Source: Gemmatimonadota bacterium
GTDB taxonomy: Bacteria; Gemmatimonadota; Gemmatimonadetes; Gemmatimonadales; GWC2-71-9
Assembly (NCBI GenBank): GCA_036679605.1
Contig: JAZDCZ010000419.1
Span: 64,001 to 128,000, forward strand
Direction of reading: 5' to 3'
Length of the DNA: 64,000 bases
Shown here: piece after piece, positions 30,201 through 39,220 of the stretch
Position numbering within the stretch: the stretch's first letter is position 1
How the letters are laid out: every line of letters begins with the position of its first letter
The notes under the pieces: model-generated
What the model was told of the DNA's origin: nothing
What the model saw: the letters and a program-made list of their open reading frames with translations, nothing else
Databases searched by the model: none
Program-made: the position numbers and the translations under genes

Positions 30201-31685
30201 CCAAACGCCAAGCGTGTCACCTCGAGCGTCTATGCGCACTGTACCGCTCGCTACGGATTCGGTTTCAGGGGCTCCCTGGTATCGTAGTTCTCCATCAAAA
30301 GCGAGCTGCAGCCACGGATCGTTCAACGTTCCCGACAGGACCAGTCGGCCGAGAAGATCGATCGAAGGAAGCAGCCGTCTGAGAGAGGCGAGATCGATGT
30401 CGGCGCTGCGAATCTCGTAGTCGTGAAAAACAAAGTCACCCGGTACTCCAATGGAGACCGTTCCTTCCCCGTTCAGCTTCGTCTCGGGCCAACCTGGTAC
30501 AAGCGAATCGCGCAACGTAGCATCGAGTAATACGTGCAACGATTCCCGGGGACCGTCCGCTTCAAAGCGTCCGGTAAGCCTACCAGCAATGGGCAGAGTG
30601 TCGAAAAAGCCTCTGATGTATTCTATATCAAATTTTTCCAGATCCAGTTTGGTTTGGCGGAAGGCCCAGCGACCGTTGCTCCCCGCCAGCATTCCCAGTT
30701 CCCCGCTCGCGCTACCGCCCCCTCCTATTCCGCGCATGGCAAAGTCACTGGCGTCAAACTCGACAGCACCGTTATCCACGGAGCGAATCAGATACCTTCC
30801 CTCGGCCATCATGCCGGCCGGGAGTTGTGACACCAACCCACGGACCTCATCTGTGCTGGTCCCGTCGGTCCGAATGTCGAGGTCAACTTTGAGCGGACCG
30901 GAGCCGACGACGAGCGAACCATTGACTCGTGCTTTGGAAGACGGTACTTGCAGTTCAGCTAGGTCGAGTAGAACCGAATCTCCTCGGATCGTAAGTCGGC
31001 CTCTGGCTCCAGTCACGTGAAATATGGGATCGGACAGCTCGCCACTGAGATCCGCTATCAGGAATTGAATGCCACTTTCACTCGGCATTCGAGAGCTGAT
31101 ACGAACATATGGTAACGCAGCGTTGAAGCCCTCGATCCGTCTAACGCGCATGGGCCCCCACGGCGTATCCTCGATGACTTTCAGAGAATCACCCGGGTGG
31201 GCCGGAGTTCTTATCACAACCGTCGCATCCGTAACGAACACATCTCTAAAGCTTATCGGAGGGAGCGGCGGACTGGGAGAATCCGACTTCTGAGGGCTAA
31301 AGATTTCGTCGAAGTTGAGTCTTCGACCTGGTCGCTTCAACAGATTTACTTGTGGGGACGTGAGCGTGAGTTTCCCCAGAACAATGCGCCCGCCCAGAAG
31401 ATCTTTGACACCATAACTGAGTCTCAGACGCTCGATCGTGGCTAGCGGAAAACCGTCATCGTCGCGAATCTCCACATCCTTGAGATCCAATCCACCGACG
31501 AGCGATCCTCCAACATTCCCCACAACGATGGATCCGCCCAGTGCCTCGTTGGCCGCGGAAAGTGCTGCTCCGACAGCCGCCTCGCGTCCACTCTCCGTCC
31601 CCAGGCCGACCGACGCCACACCACCGATTGTCCCGATGAGCCATGAACCAGTCAAACCCGCGCCCAGCAGCAGTCGCGGTATCAA
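27297..31685 (-). CDS. tamB: Translocation/assembly module TamB (AsmA-like)
   Basis: 1462-aa beta-rich protein with N-terminal anchor and DUF490-like C-terminus; follows an Omp85 gene. Confidence 0.8.
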   Translation of the reverse strand: MIPRLLLGAGLTGSWLIGTIGGVASVGLGTESGREAAVGAALSAANEALGGSIVVGNVGGSLVGGLDLKDVEIRDDDGFPLATIERLRLSYGVKDLLGGRIVLGKLTLTSPQVNLLKRPGRRLNFDEIFSPQKSDSPSPPLPPISFRDVFVTDATVVIRTPAHPGDSLKVIEDTPWGPMRVRRIEGFNAALPYVRISSRMPSESGIQFLIADLSGELSDPIFHVTGARGRLTIRGDSVLLDLAELQVPSSKARVNGSLVVGSGPLKVDLDIRTDGTSTDEVRGLVSQLPAGMMAEGRYLIRSVDNGAVEFDASDFAMRGIGGGGSASGELGMLAGSNGRWAFRQTKLDLEKFDIEYIRGFFDTLPIAGRLTGRFEADGPRESLHVLLDATLRDSLVPGWPETKLNGEGTVSIGVPGDFVFHDYEIRSADIDLASLRRLLPSIDLLGRLVLSGTLNDPWLQLAFDGELRYQGAPETESVASGTVRIDARGDTLGVWSELVLDSLNLTGFRTTYPQLGLLTSFAGRAVVTGYLDSLQVDANLDGPAGSLFIDGSLVLLSQRRGAHALDVRYARVDMEQLNSALPKTRLFGRLTGSGVTDVVAGPSAQASAVFGGSEVSGVMIDSARVVVQIGDSLLQLDTLSVWGTGFNVSAGGDLGLWRSRSGTMTLAVRSDSIGVLDAPLAKVLGPLDSVSSLTRSPSGTAEVSVEVGGAFQDLHVSGNLEARQFNRGDLFANAVSASGRWESVAGNTEFDFRTDALRFKEFEFGDVNVGLDGGTDSLVWRTDGQFGADGFGGWIARGSLLRRGEAYVIPLDVAGLLLASSSWFVDSGAVVRVSDSVVDFSHLVFASSAGAGIMTVDGSLPRSGSAQLSTSIEALPLQDIWMLLQRDYDNVGGDLGGTLTLEGSAREPRGELFLGLQDGSLGEVKSLQLIGSLNYQRQRLLGEFRLLRTDEEILNVSLRLPLDLALTEVDARRLEGPVSVRAVADGVDLSFMNAVTDAVDDMSGIVDADFGIEGTWQNPDLTGNITVTNGGARFRTLRVRHEDLNGEFVLSGDSINIDRLSLKSGGGTADISGTVRMEELSRPILDVRIEAKEFRVVNIRDFLSLTATADVQLRGPVFGATLTGRGTATQGVLYFADLITKDVVNLEDTLFTDFDLVDTTLIRREGLGSSFENRFLDSLRVDSLMMEMGADVWLRSGEANVELLGSVRVDKVRDQYRLSGTMETPRGTYRLAIGPSFARELVTREFRVTRGEVRYFGTTDLDAAIDIDARHVVRSVRGEDIEVMVHLAGTIYDPRLAFSSDVRPPISETEILSYLFFGAPNAEAFSGTSNAGNQRLVDQGLAQFLGALSGQLEYSLISDLGVPLDYVQIRPTVSGEGLSGTEIAMGKRLGDKWFLTVSPRLCSRDEFFSARNVGASLEYRFSRQWLFSISGDPVQSCAIALTNQYLSLKYQLGADILWEKRY

Positions 31686-33817
31686 AATGCCTGCCCCACA
31701 GAGAAGTGGAGGCGGAGGCGGCCGAGAAATGACGGCTTGGGTGAGTATTGCAGAATCGCCTCTTCAAGTTGGCCATCTTTATCAACGTCGGAAAACAGCG
31801 TGTTCTCGCGCGGATCATATGGATTGTACGCAACATCCAACCTCATCGGCCCAAGCGGCGTTCCTATCCGTAAGCCGACGCCGGGTGTGATGCGGATGTC
31901 GGCGAGGCTCTCGTCTTCAACTCCTCGGTCATATACCTGCCCTGCGTCGGTGAAGATTGCGCCGAACAGTCGACCCGCGAACCCCGGCATGGGAAAACGC
32001 AACTCGGCGTTTGCAAAGAAGAGCTGGTTACCACCCGTTGCCGAAGTCCGAATAACGCTACCCTCCGATATAGTGAATGTCGTATCTCCATTCACATCGT
32101 TCGTGTCAACCGACCCAGCGTCTAATACACGAACGATCGATCCCAGTTCGTTTTGACCGAACCCCCGGACGCTGTTTGGTCCACCGCCATAGAAGCGATC
32201 CTCGGGCGGCGTAAATCGCGTGGTGTTGTTGTTGAAATTCTTTGGTGAAACGAGCGATCCCACTCGCACCCTCCAGGCAAACACACTCCGCCGTGCCACC
32301 GGATGGTACGAGGCAAATTCCACAACTCCGCGGGCAAACTGAATCAACTCGTTTGACCCGATGGCCGTAGAGGCGTAACGGAAATCTCCTGTCAACCGGG
32401 TACCTCTCGTCGGATCGAGCGGAGAGTCAGATCGATCCCATAGCAGGGTCAATTCCAGCACTGACCGGCGCCTAAACTCTTGAAAAACCCTCGTGTCGTC
32501 CTCCTGACATACGTTGAGGAACACGCAGAAGGTCGCGGGGTCAGCTTCCGTCTTTCTGGTTGCAAGGGAGTAAGATGCGGTGACAGGTATGTTTGCGGGG
32601 GTCAACCAGGTAACTGCGAAATTTCCGCCGACTGATTCACGGAGAAACGCATTGAATTCGCTGTGGCGCTCGCCCGTAAAGGCAACTGTGGCACTCAGCT
32701 TGCGCGAAAAAAAGAATGGCTCGCGTAAACTGGCCGTGAGGTTGAAATTCAGCTTCAGTCTCGCATCTTCGCCGTTCAGTCCCGCGCATATATTGTTTTC
32801 CAAATCCCCGTCAAGCGGGGTAGCAACACCGAGCTTCGAGACACGTGCCGACAAATCCAGTGTGCGGCCATCGCCAAGAAAATCTCGAACCGTCCAACCG
32901 GAAAGCGCACGGAAGCAATCGATGGTCCCATACCCAGTTCCTAATCGAACTCTACGGAGGGCGCCTTCGGTTACTCGTACCCGCACGTTAACAGTCGAAG
33001 CACCCGGCGTAGAAGGCACGGAGTCCGTGAGACCGACGCTGACAAAATTGAACAAATTCGTGCGATAAAGAGCAAGCCTGCTGTCTAACAACTTGCGCTC
33101 GCTGTAGGGATCGCCTGGTTTCACCAGCAACGCTCGGCGGACAACAATCTCATCGATTTCCCTGGTACCAACAATCTCGACCGCAGCTATCGTAGCCTTC
33201 CGTCCCGGCAATACCTCGAATGAAACATCAGCGGAGTATTCATCCAATTTCGCATTAAAGCTTTGGAATACTTCAGGAAACGGATAACCGCGGTCGCGTA
33301 GAGCTGTCCTTATGGTGTCTACCGACGCCTGCAGCAACCCCAGGTTGAACGGACGGCCGAGCTTCAGAACGAGTTTCCCCAACACCGCTCGCACAGAAAT
33401 TATGTTGTCCAGTCCGCTGATCTGGAGCGAGGTAACCCGAACCGGTCTCCCTTCGTCAATTATGAACTTGATACTTACCGCCCCGTCTTCACGCCTCACG
33501 ACCGTGTCGACTACTACCTCGCGGTATCCACTGACTCGATAGATAGCCGCAATGCGAAGCACATCCGTACGAAATTCGGTTTCATCAAAATACCGCTTCG
33601 CTCCAAGTCCGATCCAGCGCACAGTTGCCCATCGTGCGAAAGCGGAAGATTCAGACGTTCCGATGAACGACTTGAGCGTCAAATCGTCGATCTCATGGTT
33701 ACCCGAAAACGATATACCCCGCACTATGAGGGGACTTTCATCCCCTTGCCCACTGAGAGCGCCAGGCCAAAGGGCGACGAGGGAGAGGAGCGAGATGCTC
33801 CTTGCAGCCAAGGTCAT
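31682..33817 (-). CDS. Omp85 family TamA/BamA-like protein
   Basis: Signal peptide, POTRA-like segments, RFYGGGPNSVRGF, C-terminal HFSVGQAF. Confidence 0.88.
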   Translation of the reverse strand: MTLAARSISLLSLVALWPGALSGQGDESPLIVRGISFSGNHEIDDLTLKSFIGTSESSAFARWATVRWIGLGAKRYFDETEFRTDVLRIAAIYRVSGYREVVVDTVVRREDGAVSIKFIIDEGRPVRVTSLQISGLDNIISVRAVLGKLVLKLGRPFNLGLLQASVDTIRTALRDRGYPFPEVFQSFNAKLDEYSADVSFEVLPGRKATIAAVEIVGTREIDEIVVRRALLVKPGDPYSERKLLDSRLALYRTNLFNFVSVGLTDSVPSTPGASTVNVRVRVTEGALRRVRLGTGYGTIDCFRALSGWTVRDFLGDGRTLDLSARVSKLGVATPLDGDLENNICAGLNGEDARLKLNFNLTASLREPFFFSRKLSATVAFTGERHSEFNAFLRESVGGNFAVTWLTPANIPVTASYSLATRKTEADPATFCVFLNVCQEDDTRVFQEFRRRSVLELTLLWDRSDSPLDPTRGTRLTGDFRYASTAIGSNELIQFARGVVEFASYHPVARRSVFAWRVRVGSLVSPKNFNNNTTRFTPPEDRFYGGGPNSVRGFGQNELGSIVRVLDAGSVDTNDVNGDTTFTISEGSVIRTSATGGNQLFFANAELRFPMPGFAGRLFGAIFTDAGQVYDRGVEDESLADIRITPGVGLRIGTPLGPMRLDVAYNPYDPRENTLFSDVDKDGQLEEAILQYSPKPSFLGRLRLHFSVGQAF

Positions 33818-33842
33818 GTGTCCATGCGACGGCGCGAGCGCA

Positions 33843-35246
33843 TCAATCTTTGCCAAGCGCTGACAACATCTCCTGAACAGCAGTGAACTTGACTCTCGGT
33901 CGACCGAGTTCCTTGCCTCGCTCGGTTTCCTTCTCATCGAGACGTCGCCAATCGGAGTAGGACACCCAGTTCGGCTGTCCACAAGTCACAAGACGTTCTG
34001 CCGCAGCGGTATCGGGACTCTCCGGTTTGAGCACTGAATCATTGGCAAGATCTTCAATCATTGACTGTACTGTCTCCGCGGCGTCTGGTTTGTTAGTTCC
34101 TATCACACCAGTCGGTCCACGCTTTATCCATCCGCTCACGTACAAACCCCGAACCGTGCCCGCTTTGGTGGCCGCTCCGACTCGCCCCTTGTCGTTCGGT
34201 ATCACCGCCCAATTCGGATCAAAAGGCAGCCCGTCAATAGGCATACCCCGGTAACCCACTGACCGGAACACCAATCCCGCTCGCAGCTCTTCGAACTCGT
34301 CGGTGGGCTCCGGCCGCAAACTTCCGTTCGACGCCAGGGAGAGTCGGTTCTTCACTAACCTCATGCTCGTCACTTTCCCCGCTCCGTTCCCTCTCAACTC
34401 CACGGGTGAGATCAGGAATCGCAGGAACAGTCGCCGCGCCTTCCGGGAGTCGGGGCGCCGGGAGAATTCTTCGAGGATCTTCAGCTTTTTACCTAGCGCC
34501 TTGTCGGTTGATTTCTCGACCACTGCCTTGCTCAGTGAATCGAGCTTGATTTCTTCATCACTAACGTGAATGGCTGCCCCCGCCATTTCACCTAACTCCT
34601 TTACCTCCGGATTCGTGAAGGCGGCCTGAGCAGGACCTCTGCGGCCCAACAAATAGACTTCCTTCACACGACTCTCCCCTAGGCACTCCAAGGCGTATGG
34701 TGCAATGTCGGTCTTCGCCAGTTCGTCTGGTGTACGGCACAGTATCCGCGCAACATCTACCGCCACGTTTCCTACACCTACTATTGCAGCCCGCTCCACC
34801 GATAGATCGAACTCGTGATTGCGGAAGTCTGGATGTCCGTTGAACCAAGCAACGAACTCAGTGGCCGGATGGCTCCCGTTGAGATCCTCGCCAGGAATAC
34901 CCATGCGCCGGTCGGTTTGCGCACCGGTCGCAAAGCAGATCTGATGGTAGTGCCTCCGAAGGTCATCCAGCGAAACGTGCACCCCCACATCTACATTGCC
35001 AAAGAAACTGAAGTTCGAGTTAGACGCGATACGGTCAAAGACGCGCGTCACGTTCTTGATCTTTTGATGATCGGGCGCAACACCGAATCGAACTAGACCG
35101 TAGGGAGTCGGTAACCTTTCAAACATGTCGATTTGGACGGTCAACTCCTTACGTCTAAACAGATGTTCGGCCACATAGAAGCCCGCCGGACCGGACCCGA
35201 TGATGGCAACGCGCAACGGCCGCGAAGCGCTAGCCACAGATGTCAC
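33843..35246 (-). CDS. Ferredoxin-NADP+ reductase (FprA/adrenodoxin-reductase type)
   Basis: IIGSGPAGFY, GLVRFGVAPDH, GVGNVAVD, GRRGP, GWIKRGPTGVIG; GTG start after GGAGG. Confidence 0.9.
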   Translation of the reverse strand: MTSVASASRPLRVAIIGSGPAGFYVAEHLFRRKELTVQIDMFERLPTPYGLVRFGVAPDHQKIKNVTRVFDRIASNSNFSFFGNVDVGVHVSLDDLRRHYHQICFATGAQTDRRMGIPGEDLNGSHPATEFVAWFNGHPDFRNHEFDLSVERAAIVGVGNVAVDVARILCRTPDELAKTDIAPYALECLGESRVKEVYLLGRRGPAQAAFTNPEVKELGEMAGAAIHVSDEEIKLDSLSKAVVEKSTDKALGKKLKILEEFSRRPDSRKARRLFLRFLISPVELRGNGAGKVTSMRLVKNRLSLASNGSLRPEPTDEFEELRAGLVFRSVGYRGMPIDGLPFDPNWAVIPNDKGRVGAATKAGTVRGLYVSGWIKRGPTGVIGTNKPDAAETVQSMIEDLANDSVLKPESPDTAAAERLVTCGQPNWVSYSDWRRLDEKETERGKELGRPRVKFTAVQEMLSALGKD

Positions 35247-35353
35247 ACAACCTCCCCTCGAAAGACGATGCATGATACCGAATCTACGGTACGTCAGCAA
35301 AGGTATCATCCGTCCTTGCAGCGCTTTAGGGCACCGCCTACCTTGTTCCAACA

Positions 35354-35899
35354 GTGAGTATCTACACGCGAACAGGCGATCAAGGGCAAACCTCCCTCTT
35401 CGGAGGTGGGCGTGTGCCCAAAGATGACGTTAGGGTAACGGCCTATGGTGACGTGGACCACTTGAACTCCGTCATCGGCACGGCCATCGCGGCGGAGCCG
35501 CGCGATTTCGAGGCTGACTTGCTGGCGGGCATCCAACGAGACTTGTTCGCCATTGGGGGCAGACTGGCCAGTCCCGATGAAAAAAAGGTCGAGAGCGCCC
35601 TCAAGAAGGCTGCGATTCCAAGCGGCCGAGTCGAAGAACTCGAGGCGGCGATCGACCGAGCAGACAAGGAGTTGCCCGAGCTGCACGCGTTCGTGCTTCC
35701 GGGCGGCTCCATGAAGGCCGCGCTACTGCACTCGGCCCGTTCAGCCTGTCGCCAAGCGGAGAGAAGCGTAGTCTCGCTGGATAGGGAGCAACCGGTTCCC
35801 GTCCCGATCGTGCCGTATTTGAACAGGCTTTCCGACGTCCTATTCACTCTGGCCCGACTTGCTAATCGGCGGGCCGATGTCGCCGAGACGACCTGGTAG
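35354..35899 (+). CDS. pduO: Cob(I)alamin adenosyltransferase, PduO type
   Basis: IYTRTGDQG, YGDVDHLNS, FVLPGG, CRQAER, YLNRLSD. Confidence 0.92.
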   Translation: MSIYTRTGDQGQTSLFGGGRVPKDDVRVTAYGDVDHLNSVIGTAIAAEPRDFEADLLAGIQRDLFAIGGRLASPDEKKVESALKKAAIPSGRVEELEAAIDRADKELPELHAFVLPGGSMKAALLHSARSACRQAERSVVSLDREQPVPVPIVPYLNRLSDVLFTLARLANRRADVAETTW

Positions 35900-35900
35900 A

Positions 35901-36818
35901 ATGCCCAACCGCTCGTTTTATCAGATCGACGTGTTCACCAACGTCGCTCTCGCAGGCAATCCACTGGCCGTGTTTCCCGATGCGACAGGACTCGACGCAC
36001 TCACTATGCAGGCGATTGCCCGTGAGATGAACCTTTCGGAAACCACGTTCGTCTTCCCATCGGACAAAGCGACACGACGTATCCGGTTTTTCACGCCGAC
36101 GGCCGAAATCCCGCTGGCGGGACACCCGACCGTAGGCACCTGGTGGCTATTGTCGGAACTGAACGAACTCGACTTTCCGGGAGACGGTGTACATCGTGTT
36201 ACACAGGAGACCGACAGCGGCGTACTGCCGGTTGACGTCCGAATAGAAGGCGGTAAGCCGGCTGAGGTCGTGATGCTGCAGACGCTCCCCAATTTCGGAG
36301 CTAGCTTCGAGGATACGGCACGACTGGGAAAGGCTCTGGGAGGCGACACTAACACAGTACTCGACAATATCGCGCCCCAAGTAGTCTCCACAGCACTACC
36401 CCAATTGATGGTCCCGATCCGCGACCGCACCGCACTCAAGGGACTCCCGTCTGGTGGGGGCGGAGACACTCTCACGACCCTGCTTCGTGAGGTAGGGTCC
36501 GACTGTGCGATGTGCTACGCCATGGAGACCGAGGATTCCGGCTCCACCGTCCATTGCCGCATGTTTGCGCCGGGACTAGGCGTTCCCGAGGATCCAGCGA
36601 CGGGAAGCGCCGCCGGAGCGCTGGGATCCTATCTGGTCTGGCATGGCTTGATCCGGCCCCATGGAGGCTTGGCCAGCATTATCGTGGAGCAAGGAGTCGA
36701 GATCGGCCGACCCAGTCACATCAATGTGGAAATAGTGGTCGGCAACGGCGGCGAGATCTCCGAAGTTCGTGTGGGCGGTGAGGCCGTAACTGTTGTATTG
36801 GGAGAATTGCGGTTATAG
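35901..36818 (+). CDS. PhzF-family isomerase
   Basis: DVFT, GNPLAV, NLSETTF, EIPLAGHPT, EDPATGSA. Confidence 0.92.
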   Translation: MPNRSFYQIDVFTNVALAGNPLAVFPDATGLDALTMQAIAREMNLSETTFVFPSDKATRRIRFFTPTAEIPLAGHPTVGTWWLLSELNELDFPGDGVHRVTQETDSGVLPVDVRIEGGKPAEVVMLQTLPNFGASFEDTARLGKALGGDTNTVLDNIAPQVVSTALPQLMVPIRDRTALKGLPSGGGGDTLTTLLREVGSDCAMCYAMETEDSGSTVHCRMFAPGLGVPEDPATGSAAGALGSYLVWHGLIRPHGGLASIIVEQGVEIGRPSHINVEIVVGNGGEISEVRVGGEAVTVVLGELRL

Positions 36819-37918
36819 CAACCAAAAACATTACTGTTCCCATCGGCAGCAGTTCCTATCAAGTGGTCCTGGGCCACGGAGTACTGGCAGAAGTCTCGGG
36901 ACTCATCGAGTCCCATACACCCGCAGCCAGATACGCGATCGTGACCGACTCCAACGTTGGCGAACTCTATGGTGAGCGGCTGGCAAGTCAGCTGGGAGGA
37001 GGTGATCGCTGCAGGTTGTTCTCCTTTCGAGCCGGTGAGCAAAGCAAGACCAGAACTACGTGGATTGAGCTAACAGACGAACTACTCTCGGCCGGATTTG
37101 GACGCGACTCTCTGGTCGTGGCCCTAGGCGGTGGAGTGGTAGGGGACATGGCTGGCTTTCTCGCAGCTACGTACCTGCGAGGCGTGCCGCACGTACAAAT
37201 ACCAACATCACTCCTCGCCATGATCGACAGCTCGGTTGGCGGGAAGACCGGTGTCGATACACCGCACGGCAAGAACCTGGTGGGAGCGTTTCACCAGCCG
37301 TCCTTGGTCGTGACGGACGTAGCCACATTGGCAACACTTCCGAAGCGCGAGTTCACAGCGGGTATCGCCGAGGCAATCAAGCATGGCGCCATCACCGACG
37401 CGGCGTATTTCGAGCGGCTGGCCGACCTCCGGGAGTCGATTCTCAACAAAGAGCCGGAGGCTTTGATCGAAATGATAGGGCGAAGCATCTCGATCAAATC
37501 CGAAGTCGTGGCCGACGACGAGCGAGAACATGGGAGACGCGCGATGCTCAACTTTGGTCATACGATCGCCCACGCACTGGAGGTGGCCACGGACTACGAT
37601 CTGCTGCACGGGGAGGCCGTAGCAATCGGGATGCTCGCTGAAGCGAGGCTTGGAACAGCCCTCGGAATCACGGCTCCAGATGTAGCCGACCGCTTGCGTG
37701 AGGCACTTGACGCATTTCACTTGCCGGTGGAGCCCTGTCGCCCGTTGGCAAAAGATCGGATGCTAAGCGCAATGGCACAGGACAAGAAGAACCGATCCGG
37801 CACCGCCAGGTTGACCCTCTTGGAGCGGCTCGGCAAGGTAGCTTCCGACCCTGTGAACGGGTGGACTCACGCTGTTCCCGAGCCCGCAATAGAAGAGATC
37901 ATTCGGTCGCTTCACTAA
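36815..37918 (+). CDS. aroB: 3-dehydroquinate synthase
   Basis: GGGVVGDMAGF, PTSLLAMIDSSVGGKTG, LNFGHT, HGEAV, DKK. Start probably ATA at 36815 (ORF track GTG at 36863). Confidence 0.93.
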   Translation: MATKNITVPIGSSSYQVVLGHGVLAEVSGLIESHTPAARYAIVTDSNVGELYGERLASQLGGGDRCRLFSFRAGEQSKTRTTWIELTDELLSAGFGRDSLVVALGGGVVGDMAGFLAATYLRGVPHVQIPTSLLAMIDSSVGGKTGVDTPHGKNLVGAFHQPSLVVTDVATLATLPKREFTAGIAEAIKHGAITDAAYFERLADLRESILNKEPEALIEMIGRSISIKSEVVADDEREHGRRAMLNFGHTIAHALEVATDYDLLHGEAVAIGMLAEARLGTALGITAPDVADRLREALDAFHLPVEPCRPLAKDRMLSAMAQDKKNRSGTARLTLLERLGKVASDPVNGWTHAVPEPAIEEIIRSLH

Positions 37919-38102
37919 CCGCAATCGGCTCAACGAGTTACCGGTTTTTTTCACACTGCTCATAGCAACATAAGTGATTGACGTCAAAACGTTTACGTCA
38001 CTTATGCACAGTCTAGGCAATGTGGGTAATTTGGCTGTCCGTTGACAAATACCGGAAGCGATTGTCCATCAACTATTTGTGATGTGGATAATTTAGTTTT
38101 GC

Positions 38103-38131
38103 TTGACTGGCCCTGATCCAATCCCTATATT
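38103..38131 (+). promoter_or_regulatory. Sigma70 promoter of the sigma factor gene
   Basis: TTGACT-17nt-TATATT in an AT-rich intergenic region. Confidence 0.65.
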
Positions 38132-38224
38132 CGGCCGGCATTTGTCGGCCATTTTGGCGGGTCCCTTCAACTCGCCACTCTCGCTGCAGGTCGTCCCGGA
38201 ATCAAAATTGTAGGAGCGCCGCCT

Positions 38225-39118
38225 ATGACCCGGCAGTACCCGAGCAAATCACAGGCTTTCTTTCACTCCGGTTCATCCACCGCTTTCGACCTCTACCTTA
38301 AGGACATACAGAAACTTCCGCTGATCAAGGATCGCGAGGAAGAGCGGCGCATTGCGCAACTGGCACGCAACGGTAATCAGAAAGCAGCGGAGCGCCTCGT
38401 GACGGCCAACCTCCGATTTGTCATCTCATACGTGAAGAAATATCAGGGTCACGGCCTCGATTTGTCCGAGCTGGTCGCCATCGGAAATGAAGGCCTCTTG
38501 AAAGCTGTCAAGAAATTCGATCCCGACCACGGCGTCAAGTTCATATCGTATGCGGTTTGGTGGGTGCGTCAGGCGGTCCTCAAGGCCCTGGCCGAGCAGA
38601 CACGCAGTGTGCGGATTCCACTCAACCAAAACAGTCACCTCATCCGGATGTCCCGCACCGAGACGTACCTTTCTCAGGAATTGGGCCGCGAGCCAACTGA
38701 CGGAGAGATTGCAAAAGCCCTAGAAGACACTGTCAAGAATGTGCGCAATGCCCGACGGATGACCGCTGCAGAAGTGTCCCTGGACGCCCCGTTGGACCGG
38801 TCCGACAAAGATGCTGCGACTTTGGGCGAGAGATTTGCTGGACAGCAAGGGGATGAGATCGAGAATATGACCGACGGAAACCTCATGCGAGGTTTCCTCG
38901 ACCGAGTTTTTGAAAAGTACTTGACCCCGCGTGAGCGGAAGATTCTCTATCTCTACTATGGGCTCGAGGAAGGCTCGGAAGGCCTGACTCTCGAGAGGAT
39001 CGGAGCACTCATGGGAGTAACACGCGAGCGGATTCGGCAGATCCGCGAACGGGCGTTTCAAAAGCTCCGTGAGAGCCCCGAAGGCCCCGCACTCTTGGGG
39101 TTCTGGAAGGCCGCGTAG
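38225..39118 (+). CDS. RpoD/SigA-family sigma factor lacking region 1.1
   Basis: YLKDI, ANLRFV, KFISYAVWWVRQ, TLERIG...TRERIRQI; SD TAGGAG. Confidence 0.92.
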   Translation: MTRQYPSKSQAFFHSGSSTAFDLYLKDIQKLPLIKDREEERRIAQLARNGNQKAAERLVTANLRFVISYVKKYQGHGLDLSELVAIGNEGLLKAVKKFDPDHGVKFISYAVWWVRQAVLKALAEQTRSVRIPLNQNSHLIRMSRTETYLSQELGREPTDGEIAKALEDTVKNVRNARRMTAAEVSLDAPLDRSDKDAATLGERFAGQQGDEIENMTDGNLMRGFLDRVFEKYLTPRERKILYLYYGLEEGSEGLTLERIGALMGVTRERIRQIRERAFQKLRESPEGPALLGFWKAA

Positions 39119-39136
39119 AACCCAGACTCGTTGAGC

Positions 39137-39175
39137 GAAAACGGCCCGGGGCCAACAGGCTCCGGGCCGTTTTTC
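39137..39175 (+). terminator. Intrinsic terminator (possibly bidirectional)
   Basis: AAAACGGCCCGG-ggcc-aaca-ggct-CCGGGCCGTTTTT stem with T tract, after the sigma stop. Confidence 0.85.
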
Positions 39176-39220
39176 CCATGTTTTCTTGGCTCACCGTTTC
39201 CTCACTGTATTATTCCCTCT

